From a virus, in the IMG/VR virus record IMGVR_UViG_3300045988_000806, positions 1-5,538 of that record: 5,538 nt of DNA; one strand, given 5' to 3'. The notes beneath the pieces are model-generated. The model searched no databases, was not told where the DNA came from, and worked only from the letters and a program-made list of their open reading frames with translations. The position numbers and the translations under genes were made by a program. Shown one piece after another: positions 3,819 to 5,538 of this stretch. How positions within the stretch are numbered: position 1 is the first letter of the stretch; every line of letters begins with the position of its first letter.

Positions 3819-5486
3819 TTAGTGGTGATCTACGAGTCCCGGAATGCTGTACATGGGCATCGGTCTGACGCTGGTGTTGTCTATGACAGTGTCCATGATA
3901 AATTGCGGTTCGTTTTCTACTGCGAGAGTTCTCTGGATTTCGGAGTCTCCTTCCTTCATCCATGCTTGACTTAGGTTTGGGATGCTCGTGTAATAGTCGC
4001 CGTAGTGCCAAACATCCAGCGATCCTTTTGCGTTACTGCGGAATTTGCCACAGATACGGTTTGGTTTCATTCTGTATTCGGCCCAACACTCTTGGTAGCC
4101 GAATGCCTGTTCGTCGGTTTCCGTGCCCGTTAAGTAGATTTCCTTCTTGAGGATTGCTTGTTCACCCAGATTTGCGAATACAGGATAGTAAAAGTCGAGG
4201 TTTGTTTTGCGACTCCACATCCTTTCGAGTCCCTGTTGGTAGGTATGATCATGCCGGATGCAGCATACGCCGATAACATAGCCGTGTTCTTCGAAGCTCT
4301 TCGTGAACATGCTGCCGTTGTATGGTGTGACGGACACTGCTGCAGTGTTACCCTGCGGACTCTCTGCGGTCGTGCCGCTGGTCTGAATAACCTGACTCAT
4401 GTTGATGGTGATTCGCGTACCGCCTAGGTACTCCGGAATCTGTACAGTTTTGTCTGAAATCTTCGTATGGAACAAACTGTAAATCATCTCGCGGTATCTG
4501 CTGCCGCCGCGCGCGAGTTGTTCGTAGTATTTTTGTACCTGAAAAGCCTGTCTCAGCTGGTTGATAGTCGTTGCGTTTACTTTGCTCATGTCTGTGTATA
4601 AGTCCATGTTTCCGTAGTAATACGTATCGTCGCTTTTGTACCAACCGTTGATAGTGATTGACGTATCTTCGTTGTTGGAGATATTGCTGCTTTGGCCGTT
4701 TCTGGTAATAAATTCCAGCGTTTCCGGCTCTTTTTCGTCGCTGTTGTATTTGTAACCGTATATTGGTGCTTTACCGCTCAGCGGGATTGTTACCGGTTTT
4801 CCTGTTTTCTGCGCACTTGGTAACGCGCTGGTGAAGTAGTCGTGGAATTTGTTGACCGGCAGCGGTCTGCCGCCTTCGTAAGCGTACTTTAAATTATCTT
4901 CTATGTTTTTGTCGTCTCCGGTGTCTTGATACAGTTCTGTCGCGTCATCGAAGAAATTAATTGCTGGATTGTCTACGTTCTGATCTCTGAACCACTCTTG
5001 CCATATCATTGCGTAGGCTCTGAATGGGAGTGCGTTTACTTCAAATTCTGTATTTTCGTCTTTGCATACTTTCGTCGGAATTCCCATGTAATCCATGAGG
5101 CTTCCTTCCAGCGGCAAGGCATTGCCGCTGGTGCTTGCTTTGACTCTGATTTGTGGTACTGTGTATTCTTGCGTTTGCGCCCACGGCCCGGTGTCGTTTT
5201 CTCCCATAAACCGTTTCCAGTTTTTCCACAAGATGCGGTTCGGTGTGAAAAAGTAGTAGATGTCCATATAACAGTTGTCCATAACTGGGAAGATTGGAGT
5301 TGTCATACGGATAATCGCCGCTTGATCAATACTAAAAGTATCACCCGGTAGGACTTCATCCACGTAAAACGGGATTAGCTGTCCTGCGTTCAGTGTTAAT
5401 TTGACGTCTTGTCGTCTCTTGAAGCGGCTTCGCGTGATGTCCAAGCGTGGGACTTGGTTGAATCCTGCGTCTTTGTTTCTGTTCAC
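3819..5486 (-). CDS. VP1: Major capsid protein VP1 (555 aa, GTG start)
   Basis: Conserved gokushovirus VP1 blocks are present: [60 protein letters not shown], and IPEYLGG. The size is typical. GGAGG (5494..5498) lies 7 nt upstream of the GTG at 5484..5486, and an in-frame TGA lies 27 nt further upstream. Confidence 0.97.
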   Translation of the reverse strand: MNRNKDAGFNQVPRLDITRSRFKRRQDVKLTLNAGQLIPFYVDEVLPGDTFSIDQAAIIRMTTPIFPVMDNCYMDIYYFFTPNRILWKNWKRFMGENDTGPWAQTQEYTVPQIRVKASTSGNALPLEGSLMDYMGIPTKVCKDENTEFEVNALPFRAYAMIWQEWFRDQNVDNPAINFFDDATELYQDTGDDKNIEDNLKYAYEGGRPLPVNKFHDYFTSALPSAQKTGKPVTIPLSGKAPIYGYKYNSDEKEPETLEFITRNGQSSNISNNEDTSITINGWYKSDDTYYYGNMDLYTDMSKVNATTINQLRQAFQVQKYYEQLARGGSRYREMIYSLFHTKISDKTVQIPEYLGGTRITINMSQVIQTSGTTAESPQGNTAAVSVTPYNGSMFTKSFEEHGYVIGVCCIRHDHTYQQGLERMWSRKTNLDFYYPVFANLGEQAILKKEIYLTGTETDEQAFGYQECWAEYRMKPNRICGKFRSNAKGSLDVWHYGDYYTSIPNLSQAWMKEGDSEIQRTLAVENEPQFIMDTVIDNTSVRPMPMYSIPGLVDHH

Positions 5487-5538
5487 TGTTTTGCCTCCGT
5501 TTTTTCTGCCGGTTCAGGCGTTTTTGCTTCGGCTTGCT
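5462..5538. repeat. Terminal direct repeat, copy 2 (circular-contig overlap)
   Basis: Identical to 1..77. Confidence 0.95.

Noticed and set aside
3766-5229. Minus-strand ORFs embedded out of frame in VP1 (3766..4011, 4348..4644, 5041..5229) as possible phiX-style overlapping genes
   Set aside because: They are Arg/His/Gln-rich, with no hydrophobic segment and no SD at their starts. 3766..4011 would have to read through the GC hairpin. Their length is consistent with chance alternative-frame ORFs in a long gene.
73-5351. All plus-strand ORFs in the track (73..312, 89..355, 380..805, 1137..1409, 1896..2096, 2033..2230, 2919..3356, 3088..3315, 3353..3541, 3538..3774, 3962..4150, 4158..4427, 4926..5351)
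   Set aside because: They are antisense shadows of well-supported minus-strand genes. Their translations are Phe/Cys/Leu-rich and low in complexity, including the apparently transmembrane-like 1137..1409, which simply mirrors Lys/Glu-rich codons. I saw no convincing SD site. Microviridae encode all genes on one strand.

Overview
The window is one complete circular genome of a small ssDNA phage of the family Microviridae (Gokushovirinae-like). It is written as the reverse complement of the coding, virion-sense strand. A 77-nt assembly overlap is attached (1..77 is identical to 5462..5538), so the unit length is 5461 nt. All credible genes lie on the minus strand, tightly packed and often translationally coupled. 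Following the coding strand, the order is: major capsid VP1 (5486->3819, GTG start), DNA pilot/minor capsid VP2 (3772->2930), HUH rolling-circle Rep VP4 (2929->1910), a non-coding region of about 510 nt (1909->1398), a cluster of small ORFs (1397->730), a VP5-like small non-structural protein (733->494), and scaffold VP3 (516->22). The small-ORF cluster includes a J/ORF8-like basic DNA-binding peptide. VP3's stop overlaps the VP1 start across the circular junction. Strong GGAGG/GAGGAG Shine-Dalgarno sites precede most genes, which suggests by inference a host that uses canonical SD sequences. The most unusual part is the long intergenic region. It holds three co-oriented DnaA-box matches (one perfect TTATCCACA), seven co-oriented TCAACA iteron-like repeats, a 25-nt pure A/T tract, a 42-nt GC-rich alternating purine/pyrimidine block built from a tandem 16-mer, several hairpins, and a sigma70-like promoter. 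Also notable are a protein-like 77-codon open frame with no canonical start codon (preceded in frame by ATG-TAG) and 2-3 small ORFs of unknown function. No lysis gene is recognisable. No homology search could be run, so family assignments rest on motifs I recognise in the translations.
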